A stretch of 64,000 bases of DNA from Candidatus Thorarchaeota archaeon. GTDB lineage: Archaea; Asgardarchaeota; Thorarchaeia; Thorarchaeales; Thorarchaeaceae. The stretch is from assembly GCA_963726195.1 (NCBI GenBank), contig CAVSBO010000003.1:160001-224000 (forward strand). The letters are read 5' to 3'. Numbering within the stretch: the stretch's first letter is position 1; every line of letters begins with the position of its first letter. The position numbers and the translations under genes were made by a program. The notes below the pieces were generated by a model that was given only the letters and a program-made list of their open reading frames with translations, had not been told where the DNA came from and searched no databases. Below, piece by piece: positions 9,288-19,001 of this stretch.

Positions 9288-9920
9288 TCACCGCTGATTG
9301 GGACGGTCGTGTAGAATCTTCAGAAAGACCTTAGCTTCTCTCCGCGATGCACCATCTCTCCGGAAGAGAAGCAGACAAAGTCGCGACCCGGTAGTCTTTG
9401 CGTACCGGGCCAGAAGAGTGTACTTGAACAACACTGGGAAGCAGAAGGCAACGAAGTATCCAGCCATTAGCAGTAAAGCAGTGTCAGAAAGAAACCTGCT
9501 TTGGACTCCGTAGCCTGGGCTGTAAGGAAGGAGAAGAATCAGGGCCGGTACACCGATAAATGATGGCCCGGCATAAACGACAAGACGCATTCTAGCGCTC
9601 AGCAAGACCTCTCCGTCTCTCCTCAGGGCATTCAGAATTGAAATGAACGGCCGACAGGCAAGCAGGCCGATTATAGCTCCCACAATACATGAACACCAAA
9701 CTACCATACGTGCTCCATCGGACCCGAGTAATGCTAGGGCAGACTTATCGACTAGTGAAGGTGACCCTCTAAGATAGTTGTAGAAAATCAACAAGTCTGC
9801 CGGGTACCAAAGCAGGATTGGAGCACCCCAAAGACCAAAGAGCAGTGGAAGAGCCATCAAGGTGACGGCTGAGGATATTCGCGTTGCCCTCTTCTTCAGT
9901 TCTTCCTCAGACTCGGTCAT
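9288..9920 (-). CDS. Hypothetical membrane protein
   Basis: About 4 hydrophobic segments from MTESEEELKKR. Confidence 0.65.
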   Translation of the reverse strand: MTESEEELKKRATRISSAVTLMALPLLFGLWGAPILLWYPADLLIFYNYLRGSPSLVDKSALALLGSDGARMVVWCSCIVGAIIGLLACRPFISILNALRRDGEVLLSARMRLVVYAGPSFIGVPALILLLPYSPGYGVQSRFLSDTALLLMAGYFVAFCFPVLFKYTLLARYAKTTGSRLCLLLFRRDGASRREAKVFLKILHDRPNQR

Positions 9921-10306
9921 ACTTGAATTCTCCCACCTAGTGCAGAATTTCTGAGGAGGCATATATGCGTTCTGCGGCCTGAGCGAAACGGGCACTTCCC
10001 CGGGCGTAGGGAGTCCCATATCCTTCAGAGCATTCCTATTCGCTGCTTTCAGCGAACAGTAGCTGAGCTCCGGCTGTGTGCGTGAGGACTCGCGTCTTAC
10101 GTTCTCAGGACTTTGACAGGTCTACATGGAAAAGACAGAATCACGTAACGAGAGTGTCGGGAGCTGAATTCAGTCGGAAAAATAAGCGGATGAATGCACT
10201 AGAATACTTTTGACTTGTCCGAGGTGCCCTCAGCGAAAACCACATAGCCTAAGTTCCATTCCCTGGTTGTATCGAGTCCAGGGCCTCGAAATGGTGATGG
10301 CGCCCA

Positions 10307-11887
10307 TTGCAGAGAGACCAATTAATACCCGAGTTTGCAATGTACAGGAGTGGACTCGATAGCTTTGAGATTTCTGACCTGACCAACAGAATGATGTCCG
10401 AACTGAAAACGAGCAAGGACCGCTTCATGGCCTTCACGGATATTCTCATCGAGGGTGTCGGCACAGGAGAGTGGGCGAAGAGAACCCCTAACTTCATGGC
10501 GATGTGTGCAAAAGCCAGCTTTCTCAGGGGCATGTACGGATACAATCAGATTCTGGCAAAGGGGACTACCAATCTAGTATGCAAGGCATATGCCGCAGCA
10601 GCCTATTGCCGTCAGAGCCTCGATCCGAGGTGGATTAGCAACCTGACCAACTACGCGAACCAGGCATGGCAGTCAAAAGACTACACAGCCTACGCAGAGC
10701 TTTCTGGGGAACTAGCGTCCATTCTGATTGACTTGGGATACACAGATCGTGCAACAAAGGCGGCGTCGGAAAGCATCGAGAAAGTGACCGCCGCAACCAC
10801 TAAGGATGCGAGCATAAGATCGGTGGTTCAGTCCGCACTGCTTCGTTGTCGTATTGTCATGGCATACATAACTGCATCCACGGTCTCGCGTGAGGAAGGG
10901 CTCATGAGACTGGAGTCAGCCGAAGAAGCTGCAAATCTATTTGACGACCAGCTTGCGCTCACTGACATAAGGTATTACCGTGCCAGAACGTATTCGCTGT
11001 ACAAGGAATATGATACCGCCCTGAGTCTCCTCGACTCTGTCATGCGGAGATATGAGCGCATGGGCTATCAGCAGGGTGTGTCCAATGCAAGAAACCTGCG
11101 GGGTGTCATCCTCATCGACCTAGGTCAGCTTCAAGATGCAAGAGACCAATTCGAGGATCTGCTCGTTTTGCAGCAACAGTTGAATAATCAGATTGGACTC
11201 GCTAACTCACTTATCAACGTCGGAGAGATTGACCGATCCCTCGACCAGCTCGACCAGATGGAAACCTACAACAGAAGGGCTCTTGAAATAAGCCAAGAAG
11301 CCGAGTACGTGAAAGGTATCGGATACGCTACCGTGAACCTAGGTGACGTATCTGTCAGAAAGGGTGACGTAGACGGAGCCATAACGCTGTACCTCGATAG
11401 CATTAGGGTTGCAGAAGGAGCGGGGATGAAGGATCTCCTTAGGCTAGTTTTCTTCCATCTCGGCGATGCATACTTCATGAAGGGGGATTATGAACAGGCA
11501 GTGGACTGGTACCGGAAAGCTCGGAAGATGGGTCAAGAGACCAACTATCCTGGGCTGGTCTTCGATTCCGTCGTGAGCGAGATTATGACAAAGTGGGCTG
11601 CTGAGGAAAAACCCGGTCGCGATCTTCTCGATAGAGCGAGGTCGATTCTGAAAGGAGAGTCACTTTGGCATGAGGCATTCAGCTCAGCCCCAATGAGAAC
11701 CGTGCGACAGGACATATTCGAGGACCCTATGCTACAAAGCGATGTCTGCATCTTCTACGATAGCGAAAAGAACTTCCAGTGCCGGGTCGAGAGGCTCACA
11801 ATGAAGAAGGACTGCTTTGGAAACCTGTTCTGGATGCGGAGCTTATGTCCCTACTTCATGGATTTCATTGCGAGACTGTACAAGTGA
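10307..11887 (+). CDS. Tetratricopeptide-repeat protein with C-terminal four-Cys domain
   Basis: Repeated ~40-aa TPR units (NLRG...G....A, NVGEI, NLGDV, HLGDAY); GGTGA SD before the TTG. Confidence 0.85.
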   Translation: MQRDQLIPEFAMYRSGLDSFEISDLTNRMMSELKTSKDRFMAFTDILIEGVGTGEWAKRTPNFMAMCAKASFLRGMYGYNQILAKGTTNLVCKAYAAAAYCRQSLDPRWISNLTNYANQAWQSKDYTAYAELSGELASILIDLGYTDRATKAASESIEKVTAATTKDASIRSVVQSALLRCRIVMAYITASTVSREEGLMRLESAEEAANLFDDQLALTDIRYYRARTYSLYKEYDTALSLLDSVMRRYERMGYQQGVSNARNLRGVILIDLGQLQDARDQFEDLLVLQQQLNNQIGLANSLINVGEIDRSLDQLDQMETYNRRALEISQEAEYVKGIGYATVNLGDVSVRKGDVDGAITLYLDSIRVAEGAGMKDLLRLVFFHLGDAYFMKGDYEQAVDWYRKARKMGQETNYPGLVFDSVVSEIMTKWAAEEKPGRDLLDRARSILKGESLWHEAFSSAPMRTVRQDIFEDPMLQSDVCIFYDSEKNFQCRVERLTMKKDCFGNLFWMRSLCPYFMDFIARLYK

Positions 11888-12261
11888 GCAATGCAATATC
11901 GATGAGCTGATCATATGTGCCGATTGTCGCCACGGGACATATAGGAAGGCACTATTTGACTGTTCGGAAGGCTACAGGTGTTGATTTGCCATGCAACCCG
12001 ATCGAGTATGTTCACATAATGTCCGGCGAGCACGTCTCGGGCTGGCAGATAATCCTCAGCTAGTAACGACCCAGAGGCGTAAAGTCACTGGCTGCCGACT
12101 CAATCTCGATAAGATAGGAGTGATGGCCGGAGACGCGGTTCATGTGTCGCACCTCTGGCCGCGTACCACCCGGCTCAACCGCCTTGTGAGTATGCTAGTC
12201 CTCAGGATGACGGCCATCTTCTCATCTGTTGTTTTCAGATTGCCTCCGGGGCGGTATTAGC

Positions 12262-14977
12262 CTAGGGATTCTTCTTCCGGGTGGCAACAAACGCCACGAT
12301 GATCACGACCACAGCTATTCCAGCACCTGCAAGCAATATCACTGTCGGGAACCCGCCCGTTGTTGTGGTTGTTGTAGTCGTTGTGGCTGTGGTGGTTGTG
12401 CTGGTGGTCGTCGTTGTCGTAGCGGACACGACAAATGACCAAGGCCCGGCGAAAGCACCCAGATCGCCCTGAGAGTCGTTCGCAGCCACGCGCCAGTACC
12501 ACGTACCATTGGTCAAGGATACAGTAGGTGTATAGCTTGTTGTACCCCCGGCGATAGTAACGTTGCGCAGGTTCGGCGAGTCGAAAGTGGCTGCAGTGTC
12601 CAGCTGAACCAGGTAGCCTGCGCTGCCCGTGATGGCGGACCATCCGAACACCGGTTTGTCACTTGTTGTGACACCGTTACCGGGTGAAATGAGAGTGGGC
12701 GCATTCAAGAGCGTCTTGCAGGAGATGGCCAAACTTGTAAGGACTGGTGTCTGCAGCAGGTCGCTCGTGGTCAGCACGGCGCGCCATCGCAGATCCGACC
12801 CTACGTTCGTGAAAACGTGCTTGACCCCGGGTGTCACACCCTCCCAGTTGTTGCCATTGTCGGGCGACAGGTAGTAGGCAATCCCAGTCCCGGTAGGCAG
12901 GGTCTGGGTGCACGTTAGAGTTGCATGTACTAGTAGCGCCGATGCGACGGTGAACACCTTCAGAGACTGTGCCGCAGCTTGGTCTTTGAACTCCACGCAC
13001 TCGCTGCGCTGCACCTTGACTATCTGCAAGCCCCCGGAAAAGGTGGCGATGTACGCGTATTCTCCCGCTAAGCATACGCTAAGGGCTTCATCAGGTGTGC
13101 TATAGCTGGCCAAGTAAGCGGGGCTTCGAGGATTCGTGACATTGACTACCTGCAATTTCGAGTTAATATCGGCGACGTAGGCGATGCCACCCGCCACTGC
13201 CACACCATTCGGAAAGTCGTACCCACCATAGCTACCAAGCAGCGCCGGCTGGTGAGGATTCGTGACGTTGACTATCTGCAAGTAGGTCGAGTCGGCGTCT
13301 GCGACATATGCGATGCCATCTACCACTGCCAGTCCTTCCGATTCGCCACCCATACCGAAATTCAGACTGCCCAGTAGCACAATATGCCGAGGATTCGTGA
13401 CGTTGAGCACCAGCAACCCCTGGGTAAAGTCGGCGATGTAGGCGATACCTCCTGTCACCACCACTCCACATGCATTGCTGGGCGTGCTGTAGTTGCCCAG
13501 CAAGGTAGGATGCCGGGGATCAGTAACATTGACCACCTGCAACCCTTTGTTATAGGCAGCAAGGTATGCAATGCCGCCGACGACTGTTATTCCAATCGAA
13601 GAGCCGGGCGTACTGCAGGTGCCCAACAGCGTAGGTTGGCGAGGATTGGTAACATTGACCACGACCAACCCAGTACTATAGTCGGCGACGTATGCGATGC
13701 CGCCCGCAGCGCAGACATCCATGGTGCTCATCGCTGTGACATACGTGCCTAGGACGGTAACGTTCTTGGGGTTGGTCACGTTCATGATTCGCAGGCCCGA
13801 GGTCCCATCAGCAACGTAGGCGATGCCACCTGCCACCGCCACTCCGTAGGTATAATCGGACGTGGCGTATGAGCCCACAGAAGTTGGCGTAATCAGGTCG
13901 GCAATCTGCACTACCTGCAAGCCCGAAGTTCCCGCCGCGATGTAGGCGATACGGCCAGAAACTGCCACGCAACGCGCAGGTTGGAGCATATCATAGCTGC
14001 TCAGCAGGAATGGCTGTCGAGGATTCGTGACGTTGATTACTTGCAGACCTCGGTCGTCCCCGATGTAGGCGATTCCTCCCGCGACTGTCACGCCATATGC
14101 AACGTCAGGAGTGCTATAACTGCTCAGTATGATTGGTTCACGTGGGTTTGTGACATTAATCACTTGTAGACCTTTGTCCTCGGTTACGTACGCAATGCGG
14201 CCAACCACCGAGACGCCGTAGGCAGCATTGGGTGTAACGTAGCTGCCCAGCAGAAGTGGCTGTCGAGGATTCGTGACGTTGATTACTCGCAAACCACTAT
14301 TGTAATCAGCGATGTAAGCGACACCAGCCGCCACTGCCACGGCGAACGCCATGTCGGGCATGCCACAAGTACCCAGCAATGTAGGGTGTCGTGGGTCGGT
14401 GATATTTATCACAACCAGCCCCGAGGAAAGGTCGGCGATGTAGGCGATACCTCCTGCCACCACTACACCAGACGCATGGGTTAACGAGAACGTAGTTACC
14501 CAGCAAGGCGGGGTTTCTGGGATCAGTGACGTTGATCACCTGCAAACCTCCGTCCTGGTCAGCAACGTAAGCAATGCCGCCCGCCACCGTCACCCCCTGC
14601 GCAGTGCCGGGCGTGTTGTAGATGCCCAGCGCGTTTGGCTGTCGAGGATTCGTGACGTTAACCACCCGCAATCCCGATGCTCCGTCCGCGACATAGGCGA
14701 GGCATCCCGCCAACTCCACCCAAAGTGCAGAACCTGACATGTTGCACATGCCGAGCAGTGAGGGCCATTTAGGAGGGAGCTGCAGGGCTCCGGAGCCCCA
14801 GCCTGTGGCACTCGTCGCCGCAGCATCTTTGTAGGTGGTTGTCATGAAATTCTCCGAGTAGCTGCTGGAACCTGCCGCCACAGGCGGGACATAGGCCAAC
14901 AGCGTCATAGTCATAGCAATGAGGAGAAGAAAACTCGTGAAAGTCTTCTTCAGAGCTCGCTTCGTAGAATGTGACAT
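12262..14977 (-). CDS. Membrane-anchored LVIVD-repeat (14 repeats) cell-surface protein, frameshift near 14475
   Basis: Signal peptide, 14 x ~42-aa GGIAYVAD..GL.V.NVTNP repeats, FN3-like YWRVAA domain, Thr-rich stalk, TM helix and RKK tail. Confidence 0.88.
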
Positions 14978-15299
14978 ATTCTGATAATCATCTTCTTGGG
15001 GCATTGTGCCCTTACATGCCTGACCGGATTCCACAGGGGGCGCAGCGAGGAGTCGATATCGAGCCGGTGGACCCTGATTGAGACAATTCGTCAACGCATA
15101 TGACGTCGGTCGCCCAAGTCTGGGTATTTAAGGCATATGGGGAATCCTGCTATCTTCAAGCAGATGCGCGCTCAACTCTCGCGGATGGGAAAGGGTTTCC
15201 GAATCGCGGGTTGGTGCAGGAAGATGACAGACTGTAGCCCCGGCACAACACGACCACAATTGGTACCGGATTCACGGTTAACTCTGCACAGGAGGCACT

Positions 15300-16004
15300 T
15301 TAGGAATCGCGATCTCTTGCCTTAGTCGCGGACTTCCGTTGAGTCTCGGCGTCTTCGTCCAGCATGCTTTCGAACACGGACAGAATCTCCCTCACGGTCT
15401 TCGACCAGATCTCAAGCTCATCTGATTCGTCTTCCCACATGTCATTCTTGACAGGGTCGAGCAAGGCACGCACTCTCTCGAAATCATCCTGGCCCCAATC
15501 CGATTCTCGCATCATCGTCTCAATCTGGTTGATTAGCTGACCCCGCAGCGACACTAGGCCCATCCGGTCTCGGTCAAGATCCTCTAGGTGTCTATCCACT
15601 TTCTCTAAATCCGAGAGCAGGCTTCTCACGACCTTGACACCGGCTCCTGTTCGTGGAACTGCGAATTGTGGAGCAGCTGGGGCTATTCCCAACTCGCCAA
15701 GCCTAGCGACCCTAACGGAGAAGGTGTTGGGGAGAACCGTCGTCGACAGACCAAAGCTGACATTCACCTTGTAGTAGACTCGGTCAGGACCCAAGCTTCC
15801 TTCAGCCGATTCCCGATGAACTAGACCTGCTTCCTCGAGTGCTTCAAGATGTTTCAGCACGACTCTTCTGTTCAAATCCAGAATCTTGCCCAACTCGTAA
15901 GGATACTTCGGGCTCTCTGCAAGCAGCTGCAGGATTCTCCTTCTGGTCATGTGTCCGAGCGCCTTGAAGACTTTGTCCATCTCGGGCGGATTCTCCGTGC
16001 TCAT
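15300..16004 (-). CDS. ArsR-family wHTH transcriptional regulator with coiled-coil C-terminus
   Basis: FKALGHMTRRRILQLL...KHLEALEEAGLV...RVYY. Confidence 0.88.
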   Translation of the reverse strand: MSTENPPEMDKVFKALGHMTRRRILQLLAESPKYPYELGKILDLNRRVVLKHLEALEEAGLVHRESAEGSLGPDRVYYKVNVSFGLSTTVLPNTFSVRVARLGELGIAPAAPQFAVPRTGAGVKVVRSLLSDLEKVDRHLEDLDRDRMGLVSLRGQLINQIETMMRESDWGQDDFERVRALLDPVKNDMWEDESDELEIWSKTVREILSVFESMLDEDAETQRKSATKARDRDS

Positions 16005-16187
16005 AGTTGTTCGTCCTCACCTTGAAAACGGGATGTTCAGTACGGCCCTCTACTTGAGGGTATTTCAATATCCATCGTCCTAGTACACAATCTGGTCCCT
16101 AGCATGCGGACTTTCTATATAAGAATTGTGAAGCAACTCAGATTGTAACTAGCTTTGCATCACCCTGTGAAGATTCGCGAATTGAAA

Positions 16188-16574
16188 TCAGGGCTCGCGA
16201 CTGGAAACCTGTGTGGTCGGGGATTCCAAGTCCTCCTTCTTGAGTCCTTCTTGCTGGAGCTTGTCTGTTGCAGCTGAGCAACTTCCCTCCACGACCGATG
16301 GTTGTGATACAGGCTTCGTTTGAATCCGTTCCAGAAAGACGTCAGCCTTCTCATAGATAGGTCCATTGCCCACGATGAAAGCAGATGACACGCCCTCCTT
16401 TGCCGAGATCACGGGTCTAGATGCGGCCATCAGCAGATAGCGGAGAAACTCAATATCCGTTATCTTCTTCCCAACTTTGCGTTGGTGACGCATCTTCTCT
16501 TCTTCCCAAACCAAGATGTCGTGATCTGTTAGACCTTTGAACAGTTTGTTCTTCCGTCCCTCTGTTTCAGGCAT
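16188..16574 (-). CDS. Hypothetical protein with possible ribbon-helix-helix N-terminus
   Basis: GAGG SD; strand-helix-(TD..FLRYLL) helix pattern followed by a low-complexity tail. Confidence 0.55.
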   Translation of the reverse strand: MPETEGRKNKLFKGLTDHDILVWEEEKMRHQRKVGKKITDIEFLRYLLMAASRPVISAKEGVSSAFIVGNGPIYEKADVFLERIQTKPVSQPSVVEGSCSAATDKLQQEGLKKEDLESPTTQVSSREP

Positions 16575-16783
16575 TGTCCTCGACCTCGGCCATTGGATTG
16601 CTTTCGGGTGCGTACGGCTGCGAGTTTACCTCTGAGCGCCAAAGAACGCCTCGCCGTACAAAGCCCCGAGTATTACATTGTCTGGGCGGTGCGGTGACCA
16701 ATAGCGGTCTGTGGACAATTGGACAGGCACATAAGGCGGAGCCATGTACGCCTGCTTAGCCATTTGACAGAGATGAGTAGAAC

Positions 16784-17603
16784 ATGACTGTGTGCATAGC
16801 TGCCATCTGTGAGGCAGGCAAGGCGATTGTTCTCGCAGCCGACGCCATGATTACTGGGGAAGACCTGATGATTGAGTACGAGTTCGGTTCTCCAAAGATT
16901 AGGCAGTTGACCGACAATTGCGCAGTGACCGCGGCAGGAGATGCAACAATGGAAACAGACCTTCTGAGAATGGTGCGGAAGGCGATATCAGAGTTGAAGG
17001 CACCCTCCATGGAGATGATCGTGGAAAAGACTAGAGAGGTGTACCACGCATTGAGAACACGAGCCATGGAGGACCAGATTCTGTTGCCTCATGGTCTTGA
17101 AAGCATGGACAAGTTCTACGAGACCCAGAAGACCATGCTTGAACCAGTGGCCAAATCCATATTCAATGACATAGAGGATTTCGACCTCGAACTTGACCTC
17201 ATGATAGACTTCTGTCGACAGGGACGGCGCTCACATAGCAGTCATCGAGGACCCAGGGACTGCATCAACATGGGACGAACTGGCGTACAATGCAATCGGA
17301 AGCGGATATGCTCATGCTGAAACGACCCTGATTATGAGGGACTATGACCCTTCGTGGTCACTTGCTGAAGCTCTCCTCTCGGTCTATACGGCAAAGAAAG
17401 CCGCTGAGAAAGCTCCCGGTGTCGGACAGAGACTGACACACATGGCCGTCGTTGACGACCACTCAGTCACAATGCTCACCGAAGAACAGGTGAGACGAAT
17501 CGATGTGGTGTATCAGGAGCGGGTCACCGAACTCCGTGCATGGGAAAAGGAAAAGGACTGGGTCTCCGGGCTTGCCGATCTCGCTTCGGCGGTCAAGTCC
17601 TAG
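16784..17603 (+). CDS. Stand-alone proteasome-beta-like Ntn hydrolase, frameshift near 17207
   Basis: M-T-V-C-I-A N-terminus (Thr1), LAAD, PKI, AGD; +1 frame gives SVDRDGAHI...YNAIGSG...AKKAAEKAPGVG. Confidence 0.82.
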
Positions 17604-17654
17604 TACGATTCCGCGTGAATACATTGTTTTCGGACCTTGTCTGAGGGCTCGGAT

Positions 17655-18314
17655 ATGAACGTGCTTGAGATACTGGTCGCATGGTTTCTTCTCTCGTTGA
17701 CCGGCGCACTGGCACCCGGTCCTCTTTCCGCAGCAGTGGTAATGCAGGCAAGCAAGCGAGGCCCCTTGCACGGGATTCTGCCAATGGTTGGTCATGCCGT
17801 CGTGGAACTCGGCATTGTTGCCGCAATCATAGTCAGCGTGCAAGCTCTGACGCTCGACACTACGACGATTCATATGCTGGTCGGAATCGGAGGGCTTGTC
17901 ATTGTGGGCTTCGGTCTCTTGGCACTCAAGGACTGGAGACATGTTGCGCCTAGTAACACTTCCGAATCAGCGGCGGCTTCCTCAGTATCGACAATTGCAC
18001 AGGCCACAGTTCAGGGTGCTGCCGTTAGTTTACTGTCGCCCTATTTCCTGCTTTGGTGGTTTGGAATTGGCTTGGCCAATGTCACGTTGTTGGTCGGGCA
18101 GCTACAAATTGGGGTCGGCACCGTTATGCTTGCGGGCGCGCTCATCTATTTCACACACATATCCACCGATTTCCTCTTCGGGGCATTCCTAGCCGTTGGG
18201 GCCCACAGGGCGGCGAGGAAGGCAACGTCCGGGGGCGTGAACTGGATCAACGTCGCAATTGGGGTGTTTCAAGTTGCCCTCGGAGTGATTTTCATCTACA
18301 CAGCTGTGACATAG
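17655..18314 (+). CDS. LysE family transporter
   Basis: SLTGALAPGPL, GHAVVE, SPYFLLWW. Confidence 0.88.
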   Translation: MNVLEILVAWFLLSLTGALAPGPLSAAVVMQASKRGPLHGILPMVGHAVVELGIVAAIIVSVQALTLDTTTIHMLVGIGGLVIVGFGLLALKDWRHVAPSNTSESAAASSVSTIAQATVQGAAVSLLSPYFLLWWFGIGLANVTLLVGQLQIGVGTVMLAGALIYFTHISTDFLFGAFLAVGAHRAARKATSGGVNWINVAIGVFQVALGVIFIYTAVT

Positions 18315-18378
18315 AGTAAGATGAAGTAGAGAGCATAATGCTTTAGTCAGGCTCATGATGCAATTGGTAGACTGGTCC

Positions 18379-18987
18379 ATGAAGACGCTACTGATGACGG
18401 GGTTCGAGCCCTTTGGCGGCTACTCGGTCAATCCTTCAGCTGAGCTTGCGAAGGCGTACGACGGAAAGAGGGTAGGGCCGTACAGTGTGGTCGGAATCGT
18501 ACTTCCATTGGCGTTCAAAGCTGCTCTCGACGTTTTCAATCAAGCAGTGAACAAGAGAAGTCCTGACGTCGTGCTTTGCTGCGGCCAAGCGGAGAGGGGA
18601 GTAATCACTTTCGAACGAATAGCCGTGAATGCTATTGATACTTCACGTGCAGACAACCAAGGATATACTCCCGAATCAGACCTCATCGTGGCCGATGGCC
18701 CGGCGGCATACTTTTCCAATGTAGACCCCCATCCCCTCGTGAAGCGGCTTCAACAAGAAGGCATACCAGCGTTGGTCAGCTATCAAGCAGGAACCTACGG
18801 ATGCAACTGGCTTCTGTACAATGTGCTTCACCTGATTGCTCAGGGTCGGCTCCATGCCAAAGCAACCTTCATGCATGTGCCCCCTCTTCCGTCTCAAGCG
18901 ATTGAGAAGAACAACATGTCACTTCCAACAATGCCATTGGATATCTTGGCACGTGCCGTGACAATAGTCGCACCATTGCTAGCATAA
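18379..18987 (+). CDS. pcp: Pyroglutamyl-peptidase I (C15)
   Basis: LMTGFEPFGG..VNPS, ERIAVN, AGTYGCN, FMHVP. Confidence 0.93.
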   Translation: MKTLLMTGFEPFGGYSVNPSAELAKAYDGKRVGPYSVVGIVLPLAFKAALDVFNQAVNKRSPDVVLCCGQAERGVITFERIAVNAIDTSRADNQGYTPESDLIVADGPAAYFSNVDPHPLVKRLQQEGIPALVSYQAGTYGCNWLLYNVLHLIAQGRLHAKATFMHVPPLPSQAIEKNNMSLPTMPLDILARAVTIVAPLLA

Positions 18988-19001
18988 ACACGCTAGGTCT
19001 C

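Noticed and set aside
12358-12425. (GTT/GTG/GTC)n microsatellite
   Set aside because: It encodes the poly-Thr stalk of the surface protein
16604-16669. Hairpin between the RHH-like and Ntn genes as a separate ncRNA
   Set aside because: A single imperfect stem, more simply an operator or UTR structure
18398-18412. GGTTCGAGCCC tRNA T-arm-like motif (also near 60135)
   Set aside because: Both lie inside CDS with no cloverleaf
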